A DNA stretch of 64,000 bases from Basidiobolus meristosporus CBS 931.73. Lineage: Eukaryota; Fungi; Basidiobolomycota. A program made the position numbers and the translations under genes. How positions within the stretch are numbered: position 1 is the first letter of the stretch; every line of letters starts with the position of its first letter. Shown here one piece after another: positions 23,372 to 35,946 of the stretch. The notes under the pieces were generated by a model, which was given only the letters and a program-made list of their open reading frames with translations, made no database searches and had not been told where the DNA came from. Location: assembly GCA_002104905.1 (NCBI GenBank), contig MCFE01000119.1:1-64000 (forward strand). The letters are read 5' to 3'.

Positions 23372-24459
23372 CTAAGAAGTATACGTGATGCTTTGGGTAT
23401 TGGATAAAGGGATGGCATTTCGTGCAAGATAAGATTCAAACAAAGAGCCAAAGAAATGACCGTCCCTGCTTTGTGGCTTGGATGGCCTATGGCTACCATA
23501 CCACCATGGCTCGTGATCATCAAATGTGTATTCAAGGTCCGGAAAACCGTTACAGAACCGCTTTGATGGGTAATCGAATGGAGACTTATGCTCTGACGGA
23601 TAATCGAAAGGGGACCTACGCTTTGATTCTGACTGGACTTTGATTTCATGGCTAAAGTTCACAGCGGGGTGAGCAACATAATAAGGTCAACATTCATCCA
23701 ATCGGACCAACCTTTTGGTGGATATCTTTGATATTCTGCGGATTCGAATCCGGGCACCTTGGTCTGAGAATGAGCGGGACAGAAACGTCGATTCGTCCAT
23801 ACCTGGGAAATATTTCGCTGGATAGACTCTGAAAATCTCGGAATCCACCGATTTCAACAGGATGGCTTGATTACTACTTGCAGTCGTGTTAACACCAAGC
23901 CCACACGCCAACAGATTCAATGAGCATTACCTGGAGATCTCATACAGCCGAAAACGCAGGCGATAGTCCCCCTCGACACGAATGGAAATCTCGGGAAATA
24001 TGAAGAATCCCCCGTCAGAATTGTCGATGTCCTTTAGTTTGTGAAGCGAGGATGAAAGGGATCCGTGAACTGCATGTGGCGGAATAGGCTCCTCCAGTAC
24101 ATCTGTGGCCCCAATAAGAGTAGCCATCACAAAGAACGCGGGGTTCTGCAACAAACTGCGCAGAGAACGATTAATGCTAGCGCTGGGTAAACATCTCCAT
24201 CAAGTCTGGCTTACTGATTTTCCAAGGTGGCATTCTTGCTCTTGACTTGAACAATCGGAGGCGGGTCTATAGGCTTCTCCCCAACCTTGTCTTTTATGCC
24301 ACTAACCTTCGCCCGCTTGGGCTGTTGTCTGATGATCAGTGTGAGATCCCTATTGGAAAGGTGAGCAAAAGCGGGTCGACATATGGGTGTACACGACGCA
24401 TACTTAGGATCGTAGTTGAATGCAGCACCAACACCGATGAAATTGTGTATATTCGTCAT
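23372..24459 (-). CDS. Velvet-domain regulatory protein (VosA/VelB-like), multi-exon
   Basis: LTLIIRQQPKRAKVSG...KPIDPPPIVQ, GSLSSSLHKLKDIDNSDGGFFIFPEISIRVEGDYRLRFRLYE, SEIFRVYPAKYFPGMDESTFLSRSFSDQGARIRIRR. Start codon tentative. Confidence 0.9.
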
Positions 24460-26150
24460 AAGGTATAATCCGGTCCGTGTTGCCTCAGGGTTTATATATC
24501 TACCCGGGGTCTCATTCTATGGGAACGGTGCATGCCGGAAATACAGGCAGATTTGGTCACAACCGGACCATTGGTTCTTTCAAGGTCGAGGCACTCATAA
24601 AAGGACCATGTAATACGGTGGCATCAGTCGAGTCTCGGAATTGATCGAGTCCAAAGTTAGTTGGAATATAGTCCCCCATGGTGACCACTTGTCACTTGAA
24701 AGGGAAGGTGGTTCACGGTATCATCTGGATGATTCACTTTTCCTGGTGTGACTCTGCTCCCTGAATGAACATCTGCAGATACGGAACTGCAATGAGCATA
24801 GTACAAGAGATCGAAGTCAACCAATGCGCTTGGCGCGATCGTTCAGGCAGGTACGTTCTGTAGGATTCAGACAGGGTGACGCTACTTATGCTACGGGGGT
24901 GTACTAGCTGTTACGATCGCTCAGGTGTATTACAAACATGCAGAACAGCTGTTTGAAGCTGTCTTCATGCACCCTCCAAGCTGTGTATATGCCAAAAACA
25001 CATAAATCACTGAGATATATCAGTATCCAACTAAGCAAAATGAGATGGATTTTGCACCCGAACAAGGAGGGAGTCCGAGGCACATCTGCCCCATTGTACT
25101 AAACTGCCTCTCCGCTTTCGTGTAAAGGGCCTAGAAGCCCAACGTACACACCCAGTATAGTAAGCCAGAAGTCATTGTCTATCAACTTTCCCTCAGTCGC
25201 CACTAGTTACACGGATAAAAACGGATCATGCTGCATAGGTGTAATAGGACTAATAGCTATGGAGATTGCCGGAAAAATCTACAACCCGAGGAGTTTGGGT
25301 TACTCAAACGGTCAAGTGACGAAGTCTTCAAATCAAGGAAAGACCCCATCAGCCTCCGCGAATGAACAAAGTGCTAGACATCTGCACTCTTCAACAGTTT
25401 TCCCACTTGGCGTGCTTTGTAATGAAATCCCTAATAATTAGCAAGTCCACTCCTATATATTGGTATACTTGATTCACCTTCATGTTGGAAATGTAAGGAC
25501 TACACTCACTATATTCATGGAAATGATTCACCGCGTATTTCCTTTAAAATGATCTGTGACGAGATTGATCATCTAAATCTAGCAGTGACAACTTGCTTTG
25601 ATTTGCAGTGTGACTAGATCAGTAATTAATGCATTCGATCAGTAGAAGTTATCTATGGCCAATCAGGCGGGCTCTCAATAAGTTCACATATGGATCAAAC
25701 CTTAATTTGAAGCTTAGACCAAACATGCACGAGTGAATTTTCGCATTTTACGACCTGATGTTGGATATGTAAGTGTAGAGAAATGAATGCAGAAGCCAAT
25801 CAACATGAAATGAAATGTTGCTTCCAATGTTTTCCTGGTAAAGTGACACCAATAGCTAAAATTGGTTTCTTTTTCCCATAGTTCTCTAGCTCCAGCACTT
25901 TGTACTTGGTATCATGTATTGCGGTCCCGTGGCACACGGAGTAGCGATTGTAGATACACAGGACCATAGAAATGGGCGTAAATGGTTTGAAACCCTTGAG
26001 GGGGTAATCAGTTTTATTATTATCGGAATTAAAGAAATGTTACATGTTAGCAGAACATGAATAGACAAGTGTATCGTTTATTTCGGCCTCATTCTATATA
26101 CATTTGGTCTTTTTATGCTTTATTTCGTGGGATATTAGTTGCATTTCTAT

Positions 26151-27195
26151 TCACTTTCTCGACTTCTTGATAGCTTTGTTAACATTGAGGACGTCTTCAT
26201 TTCCAACAACCCTCTGCAAGATGTTCAAGGATGATTCCTTTTCTTTCTTGACATCGGAGATAGCAGGAGCAAACTTTCTCTTGACGCCCTTCACCTTAGG
26301 CTCATGCTCAAGCTTCTTGTCAAACTTGCCCACACTAGCAGTAGAGGTTTTAGAGAGACGGATTTCACGTTCAAGTTCCTTCTTGCGGACATCACGAGGA
26401 TGTTTTCCCTCAGTAATGGCAGCTGCCTCTTCCATGTTGCGACGCTGTTGTGCTTGGTTCTTAGCAATTCTCTCTTTCTTGGCGGTTTTGCGGGCGGCAA
26501 ATTGGTCCTCCGTGGGATCGGCCTTATCCGGCACCTCGATAAGCCAGTCACCTTGGTCGTCATTGATACCCTTATAACCATAGCGAGGTTTGTATTCGCC
26601 AGTAGCCTCGTCGTATACCATTCTTGAACGTTTCTTGTTCTGAATACCCTTGGCCTTGGCGAATTTCTCCCATCTGGTAAGAGGCTTGGCTTTAGGAAGC
26701 TGGAGATAAGGAAAAATATTCAGTACTGGTGTGACAATGAAAATCCATAAAAAACACATACGGGCTTCTCACGAGGAATGACGGTCTTTTGATCAGGAAG
26801 TTTGGCAACAACTCCTAGATCATTGGCTTCGACTGGGAGTTTGAAAATCTCGTTAATGAGAAGTTGTGCTCCGCCTCTGGTATACTCTTTCAAAAAAGCA
26901 TCAACATTTTCCTTCTTTCCACTACGATTAGGGAGATACGTTAATCTCTGCACTCGGTGATTACAGTACAAACCCCTTATTATAGAAAAACACGTACGAG
27001 AAGCTACTGTCTTCGATGGGGTTCTGATCGTAAGCGGCCAACAAAGCGAGATCAAAATCGACAGGAAGGAGTCTTTCGACTTCGATAGTTTTGCTAGAAA
27101 ATACAGTGAAATTAGAAAGGGTTCCTCGTAATTCGTTAGGGGAATGCACTCTACAATTTATTCTTGTGAGCTTCGAGTGCTTCGGTGACATCCAT
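26151..27195 (-). CDS. RRS1: Ribosome biogenesis regulatory protein Rrs1 (4 exons)
   Basis: MDVTEALEAHKNKF|KTIEVERLLPVDFDLALLAAYDQNP...GAQLLINEIF...TVIPREKP|LPKAKPLTRWEKFAKAKGIQNKKR...WKPR-like YKPRYGYKG. Confidence 0.92.
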
Positions 27196-27541
27196 TTTTG
27201 TTGAATACGTCGAAAGAACAAAAACTAGAAATGGTCGGTTCTCGTATAACTCTCGTTAATATGGAATTTTTTTTCTTTTTTTTTCCCAGTACATGCACCG
27301 CCGTGACTGATATCAGGATTCCCTTTTTTTTTCAGTTGCGGTATCCCAAAACGCCGTTCTTTTGGAATAGAGTATTATCGAATCGCCCGAAATCAACGAC
27401 CAATAGATCCGGGGCGGCTCAGTATCTATGACAAACGAAAAATTTTGTATTCTGTGGACAAGGTATTCGGACTGTCATTAAGAAATTTCTACTTTGTAGT
27501 TTTCAACACATACTGACCTCACCAGTTTGAAAGCTTTCAAA

Positions 27542-27940
27542 ATGTCGATGTATCCTTCCGCCGCAAACGTTGCCCAACACTTATTGGCAAAGAACGGACC
27601 ACAAACCACCAAGCAGATATATGCCCATTTCAACCAATTCCCCCAACTCACCTCCGTTCATTTCTTGAAGAGAAAAATCCTTCGCAATCTCCAACTTCAA
27701 GAGCGTATTGTCAAGCGCAAAACCCAGGCCAACAAAGACGCAAAGCCAGTATGGCTGTGGTCAATTGAACGCGAAGATCTTCTCAAGCAATATCAAGCAC
27801 CTACTTTCAGCGAGTTCAAGCCCAAGGTGAAGCCTCTGTTTGTGAATCCTTACTTCACTTGGAAGGAAGAGCAGGCCAGGAAACTGGCCAAGAACGAAGC
27901 GCAAAAGCTCGAGCAAGCCAAGCCCAAGGCTTCCGAGTAG
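27542..27940 (+). CDS. Small basic hypothetical protein (about 132 aa), intronless
   Basis: Open frame with C-ending codon bias like that of the highly expressed genes here; divergent from RRS1. No family recognised. Confidence 0.6.
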   Translation: MSMYPSAANVAQHLLAKNGPQTTKQIYAHFNQFPQLTSVHFLKRKILRNLQLQERIVKRKTQANKDAKPVWLWSIEREDLLKQYQAPTFSEFKPKVKPLFVNPYFTWKEEQARKLAKNEAQKLEQAKPKASE

Positions 27941-28214
27941 ATAGATTCACCATCCTAGCACCATACCACATTACTTTTTATGCGTTTTTTCGCAACAGCA
28001 TATCACATTAAAAGGAACAACTGTTTTAATCGTATCCATGAAACATCATCATTCAGTTATCGAAACTTTATAAACATCGCTTTCGTTGTCCGCTCGAACG
28101 AAATATAAGTGTGTCAGTCGTGTGCATTAGGGAACAGGTTAATGCTGCGCCTGTGAAAAAGATCCATTTCTATAGTACATGTTTGTAATGGCGTTGAATC
28201 AAATCTACTGCGCT

Positions 28215-29906
28215 TTACTTGCTGGCTTCGCCGTACTTATCCTCCATGATTCGATTGACCATTTGAAGTTCACGGTCCAGTTTCTGGTTTCCCTTAGCCT
28301 TCTTCTTTGCAGGTCGTTTCTTCTCGTCATCCGAGTCTACATCCCAGCGAGACAATTGGCCACGTTTTGTCCGAAGTTCTTCGATAGTGGCCTCATCATC
28401 AGAGGCTGAATGCTCGGAATCAAAGGCATAGTCTAGAGTGTTGGAGTTGGCTTCGCCGCCTAACCCAAAAGTGGAGTAGTCGCCTTCGTACGCATCTTGT
28501 TTCGCTTCTGTTTTCGGTAGAGCCTTGTCAGGATGGTCATCATCAGTTCCTACCTGTGGCGGGGCTGCGCCTGCTTTATCAATGATTGCTTTCATAGATG
28601 CCATGCGAGCTTGTTTATCCTCCTCCTCATTCGCCATTTCGGAAAACATATCCTCAGCGTCATCAAAGTAGGAGGGCTTAGCGGCCGGCGTTGGTTGCTG
28701 CTTCCGACTGTCTTCATCCACTTCCATCACGTACTCACGTCCGATGCCCTCAAAAATGTCGTCGTCGTCGTTGTCCACTTGCACGGCTGGTTCGACCTTT
28801 GCCTCTTGTTTTGCCTTTTTCTTGAGTTTCTTTCCGTCGCTGTTCGTCAGTCCTCGGTTGCCATCCCGAGCGTAGGCGAAAACCTGGCCGATTTTTTCGA
28901 TGATGATATTGTTGGTTACCACCTTTTCTTTGTCCACCCCTGCCGATGGCAAGTCGGCAATACTTCTGATAGCGGTGGTGGGAATATAGAAGGGGTCTCT
29001 ATATTCTCCCTCCTCCTCTAGTTCAAACACATAGGCCATTCTTCCTGGGATCATGAATTCATTAACCTTAGGATATTCCGGCTTGGCCATAGCACTGTTG
29101 TATATAGCTTCCCCGAACTTGGTCACGAATTTGAGCGGAGCTGCTTCATCTCGGATGGATGCTAGTAGCTTTTCAAGCTCGGAATCGACTTTTTCGCTGG
29201 TTTCGTTGGCCATCTTCTCACGACGCACCTTTTCCAACAACGCGTAGTCCAAACCTTTAACCAAGTGAGTATGCTCCGCATCACCGCCTAGATACTTAGA
29301 TTTCTCATACGCCAGATTCGGGTCTTCAGGAGTTTGTAGAGTGGCAAGAATCCTCTCTGTTTCCACGTAATCGGGGTTTTCACCTCGACGGCGCTCCCGA
29401 GCTCTGTCGCGGTACTTTTCCGAATCCTCGTCATTGGCCGGTTGCCACCTGAAGTTTCGTTTGCATTTAATTTCCAAGCGATTTGGCCGGTAGGTTAAAG
29501 TATGCGCTTACTTTTTCTTTGATTTCGTGAATATGGGGGCATCTGGATTGGTGCTGTATTCAATCGGGTTCAAATTAGGTACTGGTGAAGGGAGTGTCGC
29601 TGAGAGGGAGAAACGTCAATTCTCGTACCTTAAACGTGGAGTCCCTGGGACGGTTCTTTTCGGGAATGGCTTGGAAAAGGATCCCCCGCCTCTGGGTGTT
29701 GCCTGCAGTTCGCTGTTGTTGCTCCCACCCGGACGTGGTGTAGCCAACAATTTTCGAAAATCATCCTGTGACAAGCTAAACGGTTGGTTTTAGTGAATCG
29801 GCCAAAACCAGCAAAACCTAGCAGCAAGTATTTGGTTCTCGCGTTACCCCTTCTTATTGATCTCAGCTGGAGCAACAAATCCAGCAGGTGCAGTTGGATT
29901 CGACAT
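28215..29906 (-). CDS. Protein RED/IK (spliceosomal Smu2-like), multi-exon
   Basis: LSQDDFRKLLATPR near the N-terminus and KYRDRARERRRGENPDY...SKYLGGDAEHTHLVKGLDYALLEKVR (RED N-terminal domain). ATG at 29906 tentative. Confidence 0.88.
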
Positions 29907-30053
29907 CTCTTCAGTGTCCACTTGGTGGTGGAATGGATTTGTAGTCACGGAACGAACATTATGATGTCAGGTGATGCAGGGCAATATTTTTCATCGATTT
30001 ATAGTTAAGTTATGAGAGTATTAAATAGATAAATCTTTAAAGATATCTAGGCT

Positions 30054-30668
30054 TTATAAATTAAGGGCCACAAAGGCCACGAGTAAGAGGCACCCAATAT
30101 GTATATGATTGGTGGCACCTATGCTTCTATGACCTGGCTGTGGTGTGGGTTTTGCAGTGGCAAAAAGTTTTTGACTCGAACTACCTTTTCTGGGTGGTTG
30201 GCTAGTAGATTGGGTTACAGAAGGTCGAGAAGTAGGGCTAAGATTCACAGTAGGCCTATAGGTAGACGCGGGCGGGCTCCTTGAGGAAATGGACATTTGG
30301 GTCAGAGAGGTTGAGGCAGCCAGAGGAAAAGTGGGGGTGGTAAGTGGTTGACTAGGCGGATCGATTATCTGTTTATCATTATTTCGAGCCACATCATTCT
30401 CCTTTTCATCAGCATTCTCAGGCTCATCATTGTCCTCTGGACCCTCTGTGAGCGTAGGGCGTGCCTCACTTGCTGCTGTAAGCGTTGGACGTGCCTCACT
30501 TGATGCTGTAAGCATGACCGAGGTGGTTTCCAACTCCGTGTACGTGCTAATAATGGTCACTGTAGGGATGTCTTTTCTCCCTAAAACCTCGGTTTCACTT
30601 CGGATTTGCTCGAGGTAGATCAGACACGAGAGATACACGAGCAATAACGACCATCGAGGAGACCCCAT
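30054..30668 (-). CDS. Secreted Ser/Thr/Pro-rich protein with likely GPI-anchor signal
   Basis: Hydrophobic N-terminal signal (WSLLLVYLSCLIYL), low-complexity S/T/P body, hydrophobic C-terminal tail; 30-bp tandem repeat at 30451-30510. Confidence 0.65.
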   Translation of the reverse strand: MGSPRWSLLLVYLSCLIYLEQIRSETEVLGRKDIPTVTIISTYTELETTSVMLTASSEARPTLTAASEARPTLTEGPEDNDEPENADEKENDVARNNDKQIIDPPSQPLTTPTFPLAASTSLTQMSISSRSPPASTYRPTVNLSPTSRPSVTQSTSQPPRKGSSSQKLFATAKPTPQPGHRSIGATNHIHIGCLLLVAFVALNL

Positions 30669-31234
30669 GTTGAGAAATCTAAGGAAATAAGCAGGCAAAG
30701 AAACCCAAATGGCAACGAATAAACGGCCATTTGTTATATAGCCTCGTTGAAACAGAACGTCAAACCTTAAGGTTTTACCAACGCAAACACCCGATGCAGC
30801 TTGGTTTGGATGTTGAAGCCAACTTTACATACTTGAAAAAATATCGCAATCTCGAAATATGTAGAGCCTAATCCAAGATTCGCTTGCTCTGGCAATTATA
30901 CTATATCGGCGAATATATTTGGCAGGAACTACCATACAAATTTCTCATTTCAGGGTAATTTGAGACAATTCAAGGTAATTCGAGGTAATTCGAGGTTATT
31001 TATACTAGGAATGTGCTTTATTGGCTCACACCGGGCATCTATATAGAAGTCCAGGGGGACGGGTCTCTTAACTTCATGCACCATTAATAGAAAATTCCGA
31101 CCAGCACCGTCAGTTATTGGTACAGGTAAAGGTTAAACAAAAATAGCCATTCAAATGTGGATTTCTATTCTGGTAAAGCCACCACGGCTGCTATATAAGC
31201 TGGCATCCAACGCACCGAGTCCACCTATTCAAAA

Positions 31235-32809
31235 ATGGGTTGCTGTTGTCGTGGTGATGCCAAATGGAAGAGAGAGGTAATCAACGACCACAAATTTGAC
31301 TTTGTCGATGTGGACGAATTCCGTGATGAGTCGTTCATGTCAAAGTTCAAGTACATGTTTGTATTCCTCTTCACAACAAAATCCATCCTCATCTACGTGC
31401 TGGATATCTATACCGCAGTTATGCTGCTGGCCTTCAACTCCTGGAACCCCTCGATTCAGTCGGTAGTGCACTTCAAGTACACCCGGTGGATTTTCGTTGC
31501 TTCCATTATTGCCTCCTACATCCTAGCGTTCTTTGAGTTTAAGAAAGCTCGAGCCATCATTCGCTCCAGAGATATCTCGTTCGCCTTCACCTCCATCATT
31601 GCCAACCGCTTTTATACACTCCGATCCTACTCCCATTACTGCTTCTTCAATGAAATCCATAGTCATAAAAGGTTCAAGGACGATGTGGCATTTTTCGTGT
31701 TCTTCTCGCTGAGAGGTAACGTACACCAGGGTGATTCTTCCGACCCCGATCGACGCTAATATCGACTTCCCTAGGCTGGAAACGATTCTTGTTTGCCGAA
31801 GCCCCTCGTCAAGTGGTCAATGGATACACCCTTGTCATGTTGTTTATTCAGGGAGCCTATGATCTAAACAATATCTACATGCCCAAAAACATCCTGGCGA
31901 ATATCTCTCTCTTCACGATGGGCATCCCGTTTCTGTTATGCGTCCTATCTGCAATACGCACACTGGTTGCTGCGCTATTGTACATCCCTCTCGTTTGCCA
32001 AATCCGTGGGAATCTTAAGGAATATTGCTGCCACAAAATCGATAAACGGTACCAAAGCCTGCGAGATCCATTGCGATATCCATTGCTCATCAACCCACTC
32101 ACTCTTTGTTCTTAGAATTGCCGAGTTGCTGCGTATCAACTCACGCAAACGTGTGCTACATGACCAAATGCTCCACGGAGCGGTTCAGCCGACAAAGCCC
32201 AATGTTGAAAGAATCGAAGAGTTAATCTTAACTGAAGAGATGAAGACTACGTCCGAGAGCGAGCCCCATCCAGGGGAAAAGCCCCGCTTGATATCTGAAT
32301 ACTCAGCTACTACGAATGGGCGAAGTCGTCGTCTGAGTCAGCTGTCTTTGTTAGACACTTCTGTTATCTCTGATCAGCGTGGTTACACTATCGCAGCGAA
32401 CCAGAAATACCGTACCGCTCAACAGGAGCATGCCAAGCTGGCCAATCAGCAGCCAACCCTGCCAGATATTGGTCAGCTGTTCGAAGAGCCTCACCGTTCC
32501 GAAGGAAATGGAAGAGTCGTGAGTGTATCGCATCGTAATTACATCAAACTCGAATGTCTACCCTCCTCTGGCTCTTCGGAAGCCTCTGGCCCTACATCGC
32601 CAACCCCAAATAGTCAAGGATCCAGTGATTATCGGAGAGTAGCCAGTCCAAACACCTCGGAGGATCATTGCATATACGACCTTGATGGGCTTCCTGATAG
32701 ATATCAAGATAAGACCCATCGATCTGGTCGGGCTCACAGAGCTCTACCGCCACCAAGACCATCGGAAAGCACGCCCAAAGCAGCTCCAAAGGGAGCCGTC
32801 AACTTTTAA
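31235..32809 (+). CDS. KCH-family K+ transporter, paralogue B, 3 exons
   Basis: Near-identical N-terminal domain to paralogue A (AKWKREVINDHKFDFVDVDEF), the same two intron positions and the same AVNF* C-terminus. Confidence 0.8.
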
Positions 32810-33082
32810 TGCGATGTGTATATTTATCCGTCATCCCTGTACTCTATAGATCCATGACAGTTTGTTAATAAACATCACCCAAACCACTCAAATAACCCAA
32901 ACCATCAGGGGCTGATTGTATGAGAAATCGCTGTGATGCCATTTCGATCCCCTTATATTATACTACTGCAGTCCTGCGATTGAGTGTCACCGCATTTCAT
33001 TAATTTTAGTATTTGTTTGTCTTCACCTGCTCAAAAGCGAGAAGAACGATCCAATTCCTTTCCTCCTCGTTCTTATGTAAAT

Positions 33083-35629
33083 ATGACCATCTGCGAGGAC
33101 AAAATCTCCATGCCTAAAACAAAACAACCCGAGCTTCAAGAAAATGACGAGCAGATAGTTCCAAATGACGAGCGACTACAAAGAAACCAGTCGGCAATCA
33201 TCAATCTAACGCCTGAAAGGCACTCGAACAATTCTCCCCAAGCGCATGATAGCGATAAGAATACAAATAACTCAAGCCTGAAAACAGACATTTTGCCTCC
33301 ATATGATGAAGATAACATGCATAGAACTACCGAATTTCCCGAAAACTTGACCATCCAGCCGTTAGAGTCACAACTAGATCTTGATGTAAGTCCTTCTTCA
33401 GGCATTGAGCCAGCCATTACTTCAGGAACACTCCGAAAGCGCTCCTCCAGCATACTTCAACGGAACCTAGAACCTGCTGTTGATAAGATAGCAAAAGAAA
33501 GCACCTTGGCGAAAGAAAACCAGAATGCAGAGAAAGTAGAGGAAGCTGAAATCCCAGAATTTACCTTCTCTATTTGGACTTACTTGCGCTCAGAGCTGAC
33601 CGCCGGAGATTTCGATCAGTCCCATGAAATCAAGAGTGAACGGATATTGAACTTCTTACACATTCCTTGGGAATTCGAAAAGCTAGTAACGTTTGGATAC
33701 TTTATTTGCTTGGATTCTTTGCTGCATACTTTTTGTATATTGCCTGGACGTATATTGATTGCACTTTGGGGGCTGTTCTGTAGAATTACTGGCAAATCAA
33801 GGTAATTGCCTCACCCTTGGGTATGTTTGGCGCCGAACTCACCGCCCTTTCAGCAGGATGAAGCAAGCACAAAAGAGCGACCTGTACAAGGGCGCCTTGA
33901 TCGTCATCTGTTCCTATATGCTAACTTATATTGAACCATCACGACTGTATCATATTATACGTGGCCAATCCTTTGTCAAACTGTACTTCATCTTCAACTG
34001 CTTGGAGGTTTGTATACAAGTCATTGGCCAACCATCACGAAGGCTGAACTAACCACCCAGTAATGCTAGATCTTTGATAAACTATGCTCCTCTTTTGGCC
34101 TAGACGTATTGGACTCCCTATTCTCTAGAGACGTCCTGAGCAGTGGCAACGAAAAGAAAGGGGTGGAGCACCTGCGACTATTCACACATTTCTTTCTCGG
34201 ACTTGTGTACACATGTATCCTTTCCCTTGCTGCGACATGGCCCGACTCCTCATTGATCAATTCAAGCAATCCTTAACCACTCCTACCCAGTCGTTCATTC
34301 GATGGTGTTTTTCTATCAGGCATTAACGCTGAATGTTGCCGTCAACTCATACAACAATGCGCTATTGTCGCTACTGGTTTCCAATCAGTTTGGTGAGATC
34401 AAAAGCAACGTTTTCAAGAGATTCGAAAAGGAGAATCTCTTCCAGTTGAGCTGTAGTGGTAAGGATAGGGCGGTCATTATGGCCATTGGAGTGTTTTCTG
34501 ATCAGTGATTTGCGATGTAGATGTGGTGGAGCGCTTTCAATTGTCGATCTTCTTGATGATTATTACCATTCGTAACATCATTGAACTCTCCGGATCATCC
34601 AGTACCCTCTTGCCCACCTTCTTTTTCCCTTTGTTCCCAAATACTGGCTCGCTTTTCGACTCAGTTATAACGCCTGTGTTGGTTGTATTCTTTACCGAGT
34701 ACCTGGTCGATTGGCTAAAGCACGCCTTTATCTCCAAGTTCAATCGAATCAGGCCAACCGTGTATGCGAGATACGTAGATGTTCTGGCGCGCGACTTGGT
34801 GGCCGCAAAAGAGACATCCCAAAACGCGAAGGAGAACCCTGCCAATGTAGCTATCGACCTCAACTCCCTGCTTCAGTGAAACAACCAGATACTTATTCAA
34901 GATGCTTGATATTTTTCTACTAGACCCTCGTCGATCGCACTACCACTGTATCCCGAAGAATTGGCTTTGCTAATTTGCCGATATGCTGTTTGGTAACATG
35001 AAACCTGCCTGTTCGCCATCCTCGAAACCTCACTGATACACCGTACCTCTAGATCATTCGTATGTTTCTGCACTCGCTAGGGTCATTTGGATTTTGGGAC
35101 AATCTAAAGAATGGAGGTGGTGTCCGACTGGAGACGTTATTTAACCTCAACAGTGGCGGAGACATCCTGCGGTTTTTCGGAGATCTATTAAATCTCCATC
35201 CTTGGTCGGAACAGTTTATTTACTATGGCATGTGGACGCTTATTGTCCTGTTGATTTACGCTTGGTAACCCGTTCATAGTGAAACTCCATTGACGATGGA
35301 AATGAATAGTAACCCTTGCATAATATAGCCTTATTGCAATCAAGCTCATCATTGGAATCAACTTGATCTCGTTCTCACTCCATCGTCACACTGGAATGTT
35401 GGAACGGGAGCAAGCTGCGCAAACCATTGCAAAGGATCAATATGAAACCGTGAGTTCCTTTAGATGACGTTCATGGACATTATACAGCTTTACTCATCTC
35501 ACGATCTAGGAGTTGGACGACAAATTGAAGCAAACCTTGAATGATCCGGAGCTTATCGTACCCCTCCCGAACAAGCTAACCTTGGACACAATCGACAGAT
35601 ACACACTGTTCAAAAGTCGCATACCTTAA
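33083..35629 (+). CDS. EMP65: TAPT1/Emp65 (DUF747) ER membrane protein, many exons
   Basis: ERILNFLHIPWEFEKLVTFGYFICLDSLLHTF, YHIIRGQSFVKLYFIFNCLEV, LLVSNQFGEIKSNVFKRFEKENLFQL, EYLVDWLKHAFISKFN; ends DRYTLFKSRIP* at 35629. Confidence 0.9.
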
Positions 35630-35884
35630 ACCAAGCGTCTTCACAAATCGCCTATGTATATGCATCACAACTGACAACAATTTTTGTTTGAAAAATCAAT
35701 AAACCATGAGTTATACTGCTAACCCTTTTTGGAAACACGACAATGTGAGTGATCTCCATTGCATACAACGTGTTCAACAAACAATCATGTAGTCGTCATC
35801 GGCATGCAATACTGACTATCGGTCGAATCAAATGTTACACGCATCATTTATTCCTTTTGGATGTGAATTTAGGCTGCCAAACCC

Positions 35885-35946
35885 GCTTGACATTCCCGTA
35901 ATAAAAGTGGCGAAGGCTTGACATTCCCGTAATAAAAGTGGCGAAG
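35885..35946. repeat. Perfect 31-bp tandem duplication
   Basis: GCTTGACATTCCCGTAATAAAAGTGGCGAAG at 35885-35915 and 35916-35946. Confidence 0.97.

Noticed and set aside
30951-31000. Degenerate 10-bp tandem repeat (CGAGGTAATT-like x5) between the GPI-type gene and KCH-B
   Set aside because: Short, decayed minisatellite with no further support for function.
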